From contig CAYNYI010000026.1 of the NCBI GenBank assembly GCA_964401455.1, forward strand, positions 1 through 29,517: a stretch of DNA of 29,517 nt, given 5' to 3'. This document shows, piece after piece, positions 1 to 8,821 of the stretch. The notes under the pieces are model-generated. The model saw only the letters and a program-made list of their open reading frames with translations. It ran no database searches and was not told the DNA's origin. Positions within the stretch are counted from its first letter, which is position 1, and every line of letters starts with the position of its first letter. Origin of the DNA: an uncultured Fibrobacterota bacterium. Its GTDB lineage: Bacteria; Fibrobacterota; OXYB2-FULL-49-7; CAYNYI01. Made by a program: the position numbers and the translations under genes.

Positions 1-153
1 TTGAGGAAGGATTAATGAGCATTTCGGAATTTACAGAAAAAAGGTTGCTTTATCATTCAAAACAGGAATATCAGGATATTACGGTACCCGGGCCGCCTTC
101 AAAATAGTTCCCTGAATTATCAGGCAGACTCCGTTTTTCCAATTAATCGCCTT

Positions 154-183
154 TTGCTTCCCGCAACACAGCCTTAATATAAA
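154..183 (+). promoter_or_regulatory. Candidate sigma70-type promoter for the first operon: -35 TTGCTT at 154-159, 18-bp spacer, -10 TATAAA at 178-183.
   Basis: Hexamers read directly from an AT-rich non-coding stretch about 70 bp upstream of the GTG start at 255. An AAGGAAA SD-like motif sits at 245-251. The match to consensus is weak. Confidence 0.2.
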
Positions 184-254
184 TGTAATATAAGAACTAT
201 ACATTTGTATTTATAGGGAACTCCGTCTGAAATGTTTTAAAAAAAGGAAATTCT

Positions 255-3020
255 GTGAAAAACAGTACCGTTTTCAGAGACTATATCAGAAAAGAATTCA
301 AAGGTTATATAAAAGCCAGAGAAAGCCGGGTTCCTTCATCTGATGTCCTGAAGGTTGATCTACATTGCCATGACCACAATTCCGACAGGCCCGAAGAAAG
401 AATAGGCCGTATCCTTAACGCGCCCGAAACCTGGCTCCCTACAGATCTCCTTATAAAAACGCTTAAAGACCATGACATTACAGCCCTCACGGTCACCAAT
501 CATAACAATGCAAGGACATGTTATGAGCTGCAGGACAAGGGGCATGATATACTGACAGCGGCTGAATTTGACTGTAATATGCCGGAATACAAGACGTGTC
601 TTCATGTTCTTACATACGGATTTACACCGGAACAGGAAAGTGTTCTGAATGTAAAAAGACAGGACATTTATGAATTTGCCGAATATACTTCCGATCAGAA
701 TCTTCCGACAGTTTTAGCTCATCCTCTTTATTTTAAGAACAGGGGTAAGATACCCGGACTGGAGATGATGGACAAACTTGGATTGATGTTTGAGAGATTT
801 GAAGTAATAAACGGGCAGCGTGATACATGGCAGAACCTTCTTGTTGCGAAATGGCTGGAAAGCATGGATGAGGAGAGTATTAACGAAACCGCTGCCCGGA
901 CCGGAATAGATCCCGGCAGATACTGCAGGAACCCATATAGAAAAACAGCATGCGGCGGGTCGGACGACCACATGGGAATTTTCGCCGGGCTGACAGGTAC
1001 CTATCTCAGTATGTCCGGACTCGACAGAATTAAAAAGGAAAAATCAAGTTCCGAAGCGCTTCTCGAGGCCCTCAGAAACGGAGAAACGATTCCTTTCGGA
1101 AACTATACCCAGAATGAAAACCTGAATATCGCCCTTCTCGATTATTTTTGTCAATGTGTCTTGAACCTTAAAGATCCCGGTCTTTTAAGAATCATGCTCC
1201 ACAAAGGAAGTGAGCAGGACAAAGTCCTCTCTTTCGCTATCGTAAACGCAGTTCATGAACTCCGCCGACATAAATATACAAGTAAATTTTTGCGTTTATT
1301 TCACCTTTCTATGCACGGCAAAAAAACCAATCTTATCGACCGGCTTATGGTTGGTAAATCAACCAGACCTCTTCTTAAAGAAATCAGCAATATCTCTTCG
1401 GTTCGAAGAAAAGATCCGAAAGATCTGCCGGAGCAGCTGATAAAATCGGTTGATAAAATATTTGAACATCTTGTGGAGCTGGCCAAAGAAAGAATATCTA
1501 AAAAAGCCTCTGCGGTAATGAATTCCAATCCGAGCGGCGAAGATTTTATGGAAATTTTTCGTAAAATTGAGCTCCCGTCTTATCTCAGAAAATTCGGAAG
1601 AGAAAAAGAAAAAGCAGGAGAAGAAAATAATGACAGCTCTGTCTCATCCGTTGATGCCGGCAGGATTCTGGACGGACTTTCCTTCCCTGTTCTTGCCGCG
1701 GGGCTTATTAATTCCGTATTTTTCGCGACAGCGAACGTGATGTATAATAAAAGATTATATCTGAATGAATTTTCCGGAAAACTGGGAAAATACCAGCAGC
1801 CGGAAAGGGTGTTATGGCTTACCGATACATTCGGTGACCATAACGGAGTATCAATGAGCCTCCGAAATATTTTGAAGGAAGTACAGGAAAAAGATTATCC
1901 CCTGGATTTTCTGGTCTGTTCGAATGATTGTCCGGAAGAGCCGCATCTGAAAGTATTCAAACCTGTCGCTGAATTCACCCTGCCGGTATATAAGAACCAG
2001 GTCTTCAGGGTCCCGAATATACCGAAAATACAGGAGTTTTTCTATAATAAAGGATATGACAGGATCATATGCTCGACCGAATTATTCATGGGGGCCGTTG
2101 CACAGTACCTGAAGCACGCTTTTAATGTTCCCGCATGGTTTTTCGTTCATACCGACTGGATGGAATTTGCCGAAAAAACAATGAAGTTCAATGATGACGA
2201 TCTTAGCAGACTGAAAAGAATGATGAGGATTTTCTATAATTCTTTCGATGGCCTTTTTGTTCTTAACTCTGAAAACCGTGACTTTTTGAGCGGGCATACC
2301 ATGAAGTTTCCCGGTGAAAAAATTCATGTTACAAAACACTGGGTAAACAGGGCCCTTTTTTATAAAAGAGAAAATGTTTCCAAAAAAGTTTTTCCCGGAG
2401 TTTCTGAGGAAGAGCAAGTTATTCTTTATACCGGCAGGATTTCACATGAAAAAGGCGTGTTTGAATTACCGGGAATATGCCGTAGAGCCGCCGAAAAATC
2501 CGGCAAGGTTAAATGCGTGATTATTGGAAAAGGGCCGGCTTTATCTGAACTTAAAAAAGCCTTCCCCGAGGGTATTTTTATTGACTGGATTCCACAGGAA
2601 AAACTTCCCGAAATGTATTCTGCCGCCGATCTTTTTGTTCTGCCGTCCACTTTCGACACTTTTGGCAGGGTCGTTCTGGAGGCCCTCAGCTGCGGCCTTC
2701 CCGTTTGCGCATATAATACCAAAGGACCGAGAGATATAATAGGATCTTCCGGCTGCGGTTTTCTGGCCGGAAATGCCGAAGAATTAAAAAACGGTTCAGC
2801 AGGTCTCTTGAGAGATGCCGAAGGTTTAAGGCATATGGGTGATCTGGCCCTTAAAAGAGCGGAGGGTTTCGAAAAAGAAAAGATTTTTCCTGAAATACTT
2901 GCCAGGACCGGTCTAACAAATTATAATAATAAAAAAAACGTTTCCGGTTATTCCCGGGTAAAAGAAGAAACCGGTAAACTTAAACAGCAAGAAGTTATCC
3001 CTGACATGATAAATGCCTGA
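255..3020 (+). CDS. Bifunctional fusion protein: N-terminal PHP-family metal-dependent phosphoesterase domain joined to a C-terminal GT4 (GT-B fold) glycosyltransferase.
   Basis: 921-aa ORF with a GTG start. The N-terminus carries PHP motifs: VDLHCHDHNSD (HxH), AEFDC, LAHPLY and GGSDDHMG (GSDxH-like). A hydrophobic linker (FPVLAAGLINSVFFATANVM) follows. The C-terminus carries the GT4 signature, including ILYTGRISHEKG and the EX7E-type motif FGRVVLEALSCGLPV. It overlaps the next ORF by 8 nt. Confidence 0.8.
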   Translation: MKNSTVFRDYIRKEFKGYIKARESRVPSSDVLKVDLHCHDHNSDRPEERIGRILNAPETWLPTDLLIKTLKDHDITALTVTNHNNARTCYELQDKGHDILTAAEFDCNMPEYKTCLHVLTYGFTPEQESVLNVKRQDIYEFAEYTSDQNLPTVLAHPLYFKNRGKIPGLEMMDKLGLMFERFEVINGQRDTWQNLLVAKWLESMDEESINETAARTGIDPGRYCRNPYRKTACGGSDDHMGIFAGLTGTYLSMSGLDRIKKEKSSSEALLEALRNGETIPFGNYTQNENLNIALLDYFCQCVLNLKDPGLLRIMLHKGSEQDKVLSFAIVNAVHELRRHKYTSKFLRLFHLSMHGKKTNLIDRLMVGKSTRPLLKEISNISSVRRKDPKDLPEQLIKSVDKIFEHLVELAKERISKKASAVMNSNPSGEDFMEIFRKIELPSYLRKFGREKEKAGEENNDSSVSSVDAGRILDGLSFPVLAAGLINSVFFATANVMYNKRLYLNEFSGKLGKYQQPERVLWLTDTFGDHNGVSMSLRNILKEVQEKDYPLDFLVCSNDCPEEPHLKVFKPVAEFTLPVYKNQVFRVPNIPKIQEFFYNKGYDRIICSTELFMGAVAQYLKHAFNVPAWFFVHTDWMEFAEKTMKFNDDDLSRLKRMMRIFYNSFDGLFVLNSENRDFLSGHTMKFPGEKIHVTKHWVNRALFYKRENVSKKVFPGVSEEEQVILYTGRISHEKGVFELPGICRRAAEKSGKVKCVIIGKGPALSELKKAFPEGIFIDWIPQEKLPEMYSAADLFVLPSTFDTFGRVVLEALSCGLPVCAYNTKGPRDIIGSSGCGFLAGNAEELKNGSAGLLRDAEGLRHMGDLALKRAEGFEKEKIFPEILARTGLTNYNNKKNVSGYSRVKEETGKLKQQEVIPDMINA

Positions 3021-4758
3021 AATTAATTCTTCGAATTCCGACCTGTATATTATCGATGGAATCGGTCCTTTTTATTCAATGGCAGGGGAGGACAAAAAAT
3101 TCAATTGGTCAAAGATTTCCTTCCCGGAGTTCGAGAAAAACGGTCTTCCCGAAAATGAAAAAGCCAGACAGATCCTGAAAGACTTTGAGTCTTTTGCCTT
3201 AAAGGTTTCTGAAATGGGCTATAATTCCGTAATTCTTGATGATCTTGCCCACCTTGCGAATTATTTTTTTTACCCTGAGTCTCTAAGGGTCCTGATTAAT
3301 TACAGACGGAAATTTTTTAAAAAAATATTCACGACGGCGGCCGAATACGGACTGAAAGTTTTTCTTACAACAGACATAATGTTCTTTAATTATTATATTG
3401 AAAATTTTACCGGTGGAAAAGACTCAAAAATATTAAAAGTGCTTCTTATGGGTTTCGCACAGATCTTTGAGGATTTTCCTGAAGTAGCGGGTTTTATTGT
3501 CCGAATAGGTGAGTCTGACGGCGTAGATGTTCAGGATGACTTTAAAAGCCGGCTTATAATAAAGGACCACAAGAAAGTCAGGAAATACCTCCGGTTCATG
3601 ATACCGCTTTTTGAAAAATATAACAAGCTTCTGATTTTCAGAACATGGACTGTAGGTGCATATCCGATAGGAGACCTGATCTGGAATAAAAAAACATTCC
3701 GCAGATGTTTTTCAGGTTTCAAAAGCTCGAATTTTATAATATCAATTAAATTTGGAGAAACGGACTTTTTCAGGTATCTGGAACTTAACCCCACTTTTTT
3801 CGAAACAGGCTGCGGAAAGATCATAGAACTCCAAAGCAGACGTGAATACGAGGGATTCGGGGAATTCTTCAGCTATACCGGGTATGATTATTGTAATTAT
3901 CGCGAAAAATTAAAAGACTGCAAAGAAATCCGCGGGATGTCGGTGTGGTGTCAGACAGGAGGATGGTCTCATTTTAACCGGTTGACTTTTCTTCAAAACT
4001 CTTCTTTATGGAACGAAATTAATACTTTCACTTCGATTAAGATATTCCGTGACGGCCTTGATTCGGAAGACTCACTCAGGGAATATTCGAAAAAGCGTTT
4101 TCCCGGAAAAGATCCGGAGCATATTGTCAGGCTGGCGGAATTATCGGACCGGGCCGTTAAAAAGATTTGGTATATGCCTGAATATTCAAGACAGAGATTT
4201 TATTTCAGGCGACTCAGGATTCCGCCGCTTATATGGGTTTTCTGGGACACAATCATAATTAACCATACAATGAGAAAAGTCCTCAGAAGGCTGATAAAGG
4301 AAGAAGATAGAAAATTGTCTATCAAGGAAGCTTTTTCCGAGCTTGAGAATATTAAAAAGATGCGATATGAGGCAGAGGAACTCGGCCTTGATACTTCAGG
4401 ATTTGACTTTATGTATGACACTTTTTTTATAATAGCGTTGGCCCGTGAATATTTTCTTGAAACATGGAACCCGGAAATAATGGAAAGAATTGACGCGGCG
4501 GTAGTAAGATACAGAGAAAAATATCCGGATGGTTTCAGGGTAGAGAAAGATTATTCGCCGTTCAGAGTTAGAAGGCTGCTGTTGAAAGCTCTTTTCTGGA
4601 TTTCGCTTCGTAAAGAAGAGAGGTACAGGTGGGTGGACCGGGTTTTTCTTATAAGAGTCTCCGGATGGATATTCAGAATTCTTACATACTGGAAAAGTCG
4701 AAATGTCCCGGCTTTCGCGAGAAAGCAGGCGATGGGAATTAATCACATTTTTAAATAG
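3013..4758 (+). CDS. Hypothetical cytoplasmic protein of 581 aa, function unrecognised. It may be a TIM-barrel glycosidase-like fold with GH-A-like motifs at the right spacing.
   Basis: Long ORF translationally coupled to its neighbours and without a signal peptide. Segments such as GFIVRIGESDGVDV and, about 120 aa later, REYEGFGEFFSYTG resemble acid/base and nucleophile strand-end motifs of clan GH-A. I cannot assign a family from the sequence alone. Confidence 0.55.
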   Translation: MPEINSSNSDLYIIDGIGPFYSMAGEDKKFNWSKISFPEFEKNGLPENEKARQILKDFESFALKVSEMGYNSVILDDLAHLANYFFYPESLRVLINYRRKFFKKIFTTAAEYGLKVFLTTDIMFFNYYIENFTGGKDSKILKVLLMGFAQIFEDFPEVAGFIVRIGESDGVDVQDDFKSRLIIKDHKKVRKYLRFMIPLFEKYNKLLIFRTWTVGAYPIGDLIWNKKTFRRCFSGFKSSNFIISIKFGETDFFRYLELNPTFFETGCGKIIELQSRREYEGFGEFFSYTGYDYCNYREKLKDCKEIRGMSVWCQTGGWSHFNRLTFLQNSSLWNEINTFTSIKIFRDGLDSEDSLREYSKKRFPGKDPEHIVRLAELSDRAVKKIWYMPEYSRQRFYFRRLRIPPLIWVFWDTIIINHTMRKVLRRLIKEEDRKLSIKEAFSELENIKKMRYEAEELGLDTSGFDFMYDTFFIIALAREYFLETWNPEIMERIDAAVVRYREKYPDGFRVEKDYSPFRVRRLLLKALFWISLRKEERYRWVDRVFLIRVSGWIFRILTYWKSRNVPAFARKQAMGINHIFK

Positions 4759-4766
4759 GGGGGCGG

Positions 4767-6086
4767 ATGGCCGATGATATTGTGAAATCATGGGTCGTAA
4801 CGGCGGACATGGGGCTCGGTCATCAGCGGGCTGTATGGCCTTTTTTAAAAAACGCGGAAGGCGGTATAATAACCCTTGAAACGGATGAGGCGACTTCGGA
4901 ATCCGAAAAGCTCCTCTGGAAAAGGGTCAGGTCTTCATACGAGTTGCTTTCGAGACTGAAGAATGTTCCACTGGCCGGAAAGAAGGCTTTTGGTATTCTC
5001 GATTATCTTTTGAATATTCCCCCTTTATATCCGATCAGGAACCGGTCTCACAGCTCTTTTCAGGTAAAATTTTTAAAGCGTCTTATAAACAAAGGCCTTT
5101 GTGAAGGCGTTTTGAAAAAGGCATCAAAAAAACCTTTGCCTTTTATGACTTCTTTTTATGCTCCGGCCATAGCCGCGGAAAACGCAGACTTTCTTAAAAT
5201 ATACTGTATAATATGTGACTCTGATTTAAACAGGGTCTGGGTGGCGGGAGACCCGTATTCAAGCAGGATAGAATACTTTGTTCCTTGCACGAGGGCGGCA
5301 AAAAGGCTTAACACATACGGTGTTCCCGACAGCCGAATTTACATCACCGGCTTTCCGCTTCCTGTAGAACTGCTCGGAGGTCCTGATCTCGGTGTCCTTA
5401 AAAAAGATCTCGGCAAAAGACTTTGCCGGCTCGATCCCGAAGGACGTTTCAGGCCTCTGCATGAGAGGAATGTAGAACATTTTCTGGGCAAAGAGAATTA
5501 TATTCCTTCATGTCCGGAACAAATTACCATAATGTTTTCTGTTGGCGGGGCCGGCGCTCAAAAAGAAATCGGAAGCGAAATAGCCCAGTCCTTCAGAGAC
5601 AAGATCCGCAACGGGAAAATCAGGCTGCTGCTTTCTGCCGGTACAAAAAGGGAAGTATATGATTATTTTCTCACGGTAAAAAAAGACATAGACCCCGGAG
5701 GGAAAGGTGTTTCGCTTATTTTTTCCGATAACCGTGAAGAATATTTCCGGATGTTCAACGAGAGGCTGCACGAAACGGATATACTCTGGACAAAACCGAG
5801 CGAACTTTCTTTTTATTCAGCGCTCGGACTTCCTGTAATAATCAGCCCTGATATCGGGCCTCAGGAGAGATATAACAAGAAGTGGCTTCTTGAGACCCAG
5901 GCCGGGCTGTTGCAGGAAGACCCGAAGTACGCGGACCAGTGGCTTACCGATCTTGTTCGCATGGGTCGTCTTGCGGAATGCGCCTGGTCGGGTTTTTTGA
6001 AGGGAAGAAAGTACGGCACCTACAGAATACTCGAGGTACTAAGCACCGGAGCCATGAAAGAGGCTGATTCCCCGCTCAGGAGGTAA
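4767..6086 (+). CDS. GT28-family glycosyltransferase of the MGDG-synthase/UgtP type; this is the more divergent of two paralogs.
   Basis: 439-aa ORF. N-terminal VVTADMGLGHQRA aligns with UgtP LILTANYGNGHVQVA. C-terminal motifs DILWTKPSELS and GPQERYNKKWL align with UgtP ITKPGGIT and PGQEKENANF. Confidence 0.7.
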   Translation: MADDIVKSWVVTADMGLGHQRAVWPFLKNAEGGIITLETDEATSESEKLLWKRVRSSYELLSRLKNVPLAGKKAFGILDYLLNIPPLYPIRNRSHSSFQVKFLKRLINKGLCEGVLKKASKKPLPFMTSFYAPAIAAENADFLKIYCIICDSDLNRVWVAGDPYSSRIEYFVPCTRAAKRLNTYGVPDSRIYITGFPLPVELLGGPDLGVLKKDLGKRLCRLDPEGRFRPLHERNVEHFLGKENYIPSCPEQITIMFSVGGAGAQKEIGSEIAQSFRDKIRNGKIRLLLSAGTKREVYDYFLTVKKDIDPGGKGVSLIFSDNREEYFRMFNERLHETDILWTKPSELSFYSALGLPVIISPDIGPQERYNKKWLLETQAGLLQEDPKYADQWLTDLVRMGRLAECAWSGFLKGRKYGTYRILEVLSTGAMKEADSPLRR

Positions 6087-6093
6087 AGGATAA

Positions 6094-7260
6094 ATGTCCG
6101 AAAAATATCTGTTTTTATATCTTAAAACCGGGGGTGGGCACCTTGCTCCCGCTAAGGCCGTTGCCGGTCATATCAAAGAATGCTCTGACAGAGAGATTGA
6201 TATTTCCCTTGTTGACGGTTTTGCCGAGGCCCCTTCTTTAATAAAAAAAATCATTGAGGACGGCTACAGTTTTTCTCAGTCCAGGGCCAAGTGGATTTTT
6301 GAATCTCTGTATGCTCTCAATAAAATTCCTCCTGTAGCGAAACTTGTCAACCTTATTGTTTCAGCGGCAGTGAAGCCCTATCTTAAAAAAGTCATCCTTG
6401 AAAACGGGCCTAAAAAGATAGTGATATTTCATTTCTTTCTTATTAAGCCCGTATTTGATATTCTTGAAGAGCAAAAAATGAAGACTCCGGTAATAACCGT
6501 AGTTACCGATCCTTACAGCGCCCATCCCATATGGTTTATTCAGAAGAAACAGAATTTTGTCGTATTCTCCGAGGACCTTAAAAGTTATTCTGCAAAGAGA
6601 AAAGTCCCTGAGGATAATGTTAAGGTCTTTCCTTTTATCGTTGACCGTAAGTTCTCGGTGAGGCCCTCCGGAGAAATGATTTCAGCTTACAGGAAAAAAC
6701 ACGGATTTTCAGAAAACGGAAGAATAATTCTTATTATCGGGGGAGGCGACGGCATCCCCCGGGGGAAATCCATTCTTAAAAAGATCCTGAAGTCCGGGAT
6801 TGATTCCGAAATCGCTATTGTATGCGGCAGGAATGAGAAATTGAAAGCACGTTCGGCAAAACTGAAAGAAAAATATAAAGCGGACAATCTTAAAATATTC
6901 GGTTTCATAGACTTTGTTCACGAACTTATCAGTATCTCTGACCTGGTGATTACAAAGTGCGGCGCTTCAACTTTTATGGAAATTCTTCTCACGGGAAAAG
7001 TTCCCCTTATAAATAATTATATATGGGAACAGGAGAAAGGAAATGTGCAGTTTGTTACCAAAAATAAAATGGGAGTTTATGAGAAAAGAGTCAGAAAAAT
7101 CCCAAAAGTCCTGAACAGTTTTTTCTCAGATTCTGAAGGTATAAAAAATTACCAGAACAACATAGACAAGGCGGGCCTTAAAAGCGGTACTGCTGAAGTC
7201 TCTGAGTATATAGTAAATTTTGATAGGGATAAGAAGAAAGATGTCGAAGGAAAAGCATGA
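6094..7260 (+). CDS. GT28-family 1,2-diacylglycerol glycosyltransferase of the MGDG-synthase/UgtP/YpfP type.
   Basis: 388-aa ORF. LYLKTGGGHLAPAKAV (G-loop), LIIGGGDG, AIVCGRNEKLK, ITKCGASTFME and EQEKGNVQF match UgtP and MGDG-synthase motifs along the whole length. Confidence 0.85.
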   Translation: MSEKYLFLYLKTGGGHLAPAKAVAGHIKECSDREIDISLVDGFAEAPSLIKKIIEDGYSFSQSRAKWIFESLYALNKIPPVAKLVNLIVSAAVKPYLKKVILENGPKKIVIFHFFLIKPVFDILEEQKMKTPVITVVTDPYSAHPIWFIQKKQNFVVFSEDLKSYSAKRKVPEDNVKVFPFIVDRKFSVRPSGEMISAYRKKHGFSENGRIILIIGGGDGIPRGKSILKKILKSGIDSEIAIVCGRNEKLKARSAKLKEKYKADNLKIFGFIDFVHELISISDLVITKCGASTFMEILLTGKVPLINNYIWEQEKGNVQFVTKNKMGVYEKRVRKIPKVLNSFFSDSEGIKNYQNNIDKAGLKSGTAEVSEYIVNFDRDKKKDVEGKA

Positions 7261-8771
7261 ATAAAATTTCAGTTATTCCCGAACCTCTAAAAACCGAGAA
7301 CAAAGAAGGGTGTTTCTTTCTCTCGAAAAACACTTCGATAGTTCTTCCCGGGGCGGTGCTCTCCCTTAAAGAGGATATTCTCTTTTGTTTTAAAAAATAT
7401 CTGAAAATAATACCGGTTTTTACAGAAAGTGAAAATGCTCTTGTATTTTCAATTGATGAAAATTTGGAAAAAGGACACTACTTTCTGGAAATGGGGCCGG
7501 AAAAGACCCTGATCAGGGCTTCAGGTGAGGAAGGGCTTCGCTACGGGCTCAAGAGCTTTATAATGGCGGCTTCGCAGTTTATAAACCCCCTTACGTCAAA
7601 AGCGGAGATTCCATGCGCCGATATTGAAGACCGCCCCTCGTTTTCCTGGCGCGGCGTTATGATGGACAGCGCCAGACATATGCAGTCTGTCGCCTGGATT
7701 AAAAAATTCATAGACACCGTCTCTCTTTATAAAATCAATTATATGCAGTGGCATCTCACCGATGACCAGGGCTGGCGGGTCGAGATGAAAAAATATCCGG
7801 CCCTTCATGAAAAGGCCTCTATACGTAAAAGAACCCTCGTCGGCCATGTTGATGAGGAACCGCTTCAGTATGATAACGAGGAGTACGGCGGTTATTATTC
7901 CCGGGACGAAATAAAGGAGATTGTCAAATATGCGTCATCAAGAGGAATCACAATTGTTCCCGAATATGATCTTCCCGGGCACTCTCAGGCAGTCCTCTCC
8001 GTTTTTCCGGAATACGGCTGTACGGGTGAGAAAACCGAAGTCCGGCAAAAGTGGGGAATCAGCAAAGATATACTTAATCCTTTTCCGGACACCATAAATT
8101 TTGCGAAAGACATTCTGGCTGAGTTCATGGAGCTTTTTCCTTCTCAATATATTCACATAGGAGGTGACGAAGCTATAAAGGACAGATGGATTAACAGTCC
8201 CCGCATACAGGAATATAAAAAGGAGCTCGGTCTTGCGGATGAAAAACAGCTGCAGTCTCATTTTATATCGGAGATTTTCGATTTTCTGAAAGAGAACGGC
8301 AAAGAGGTCATGGCCTGGGACGAAGTAATAGAGGCTGGTTTTGAAAAAGACATCATTACTTTTTCGTGGCGGGGCGACGAAGGCGGAGCGGCATCGGCAA
8401 AAAGCAAAAGGCGGGCGGTTATGGCGAATAAAGAGTTTAACTATCTTGATAAATTCCAGGAAAAGCAGGAAGATGAGCCTCTTTCCATAAACGGCCCGGT
8501 TACTCTTGAACAAACCTATTCATATTGTCCTTTTCCGGATGGGCTCAGTGAAAGTGAAAAGGAATTTATTCTCGGAGTTCAGGCGAACATCTGGACCGAA
8601 TATATAGACAGCGAATCTCATTTCGAGTACATGGCTTTTCCGAGGCTGTTGGCTATGGCCGAAAACGGTTGGTGCAAGCAGGAAAGAAAAGATTTTTCAC
8701 GTTTCAAAAAGAGCTGGGAAATCCAGAAAAAGCTGATGAGGATTGCCGGAATTAATTTTTACGGTAAATGA
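7257..8771 (+). CDS. GH20 beta-N-acetylhexosaminidase with no signal peptide, so probably cytoplasmic.
   Basis: 504-aa ORF with the classic GH20 motifs: SWRGVMMDSARH, HLTDDQGWR, PEYDLPGH and HIGGDEA. An N-terminal GH20b-like domain is present. The ATGA start overlaps the stop of the preceding gene. Confidence 0.9.
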   Translation: MNKISVIPEPLKTENKEGCFFLSKNTSIVLPGAVLSLKEDILFCFKKYLKIIPVFTESENALVFSIDENLEKGHYFLEMGPEKTLIRASGEEGLRYGLKSFIMAASQFINPLTSKAEIPCADIEDRPSFSWRGVMMDSARHMQSVAWIKKFIDTVSLYKINYMQWHLTDDQGWRVEMKKYPALHEKASIRKRTLVGHVDEEPLQYDNEEYGGYYSRDEIKEIVKYASSRGITIVPEYDLPGHSQAVLSVFPEYGCTGEKTEVRQKWGISKDILNPFPDTINFAKDILAEFMELFPSQYIHIGGDEAIKDRWINSPRIQEYKKELGLADEKQLQSHFISEIFDFLKENGKEVMAWDEVIEAGFEKDIITFSWRGDEGGAASAKSKRRAVMANKEFNYLDKFQEKQEDEPLSINGPVTLEQTYSYCPFPDGLSESEKEFILGVQANIWTEYIDSESHFEYMAFPRLLAMAENGWCKQERKDFSRFKKSWEIQKKLMRIAGINFYGK

Positions 8772-8821
8772 CTTTTCCGATCCGGTCTATATGGTTTCCA
8801 GGGTATATCTTCCCCGGGTAC

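Noticed and set aside
200-207. Bacteroidetes-type -7 promoter motif TAnnTTTG (TACATTTG at 200-207; also TATATTTG at 13460-13467).
   Set aside because: Genes in this window use strong SD sequences and TTGACA/TATAAT-like promoters, which Bacteroidetes generally lack. The 13460 instance is only 4 nt from the start codon. These are probably chance matches in AT-rich DNA.
1-254. Possible 31-aa ORF (ATG at 16) and the end of an upstream gene in the first 250 bp.
   Set aside because: It is too short, has no RBS and no recognisable motif. The region is better explained as the promoter or 5' leader of the first operon.
7938-8513. 191-aa ORF on the minus strand inside the GH20 gene.
   Set aside because: It is fully embedded antisense to a well-supported, motif-rich CDS and has a low-complexity, Phe/Leu/Arg-rich translation typical of antisense frames of AT-rich genes.
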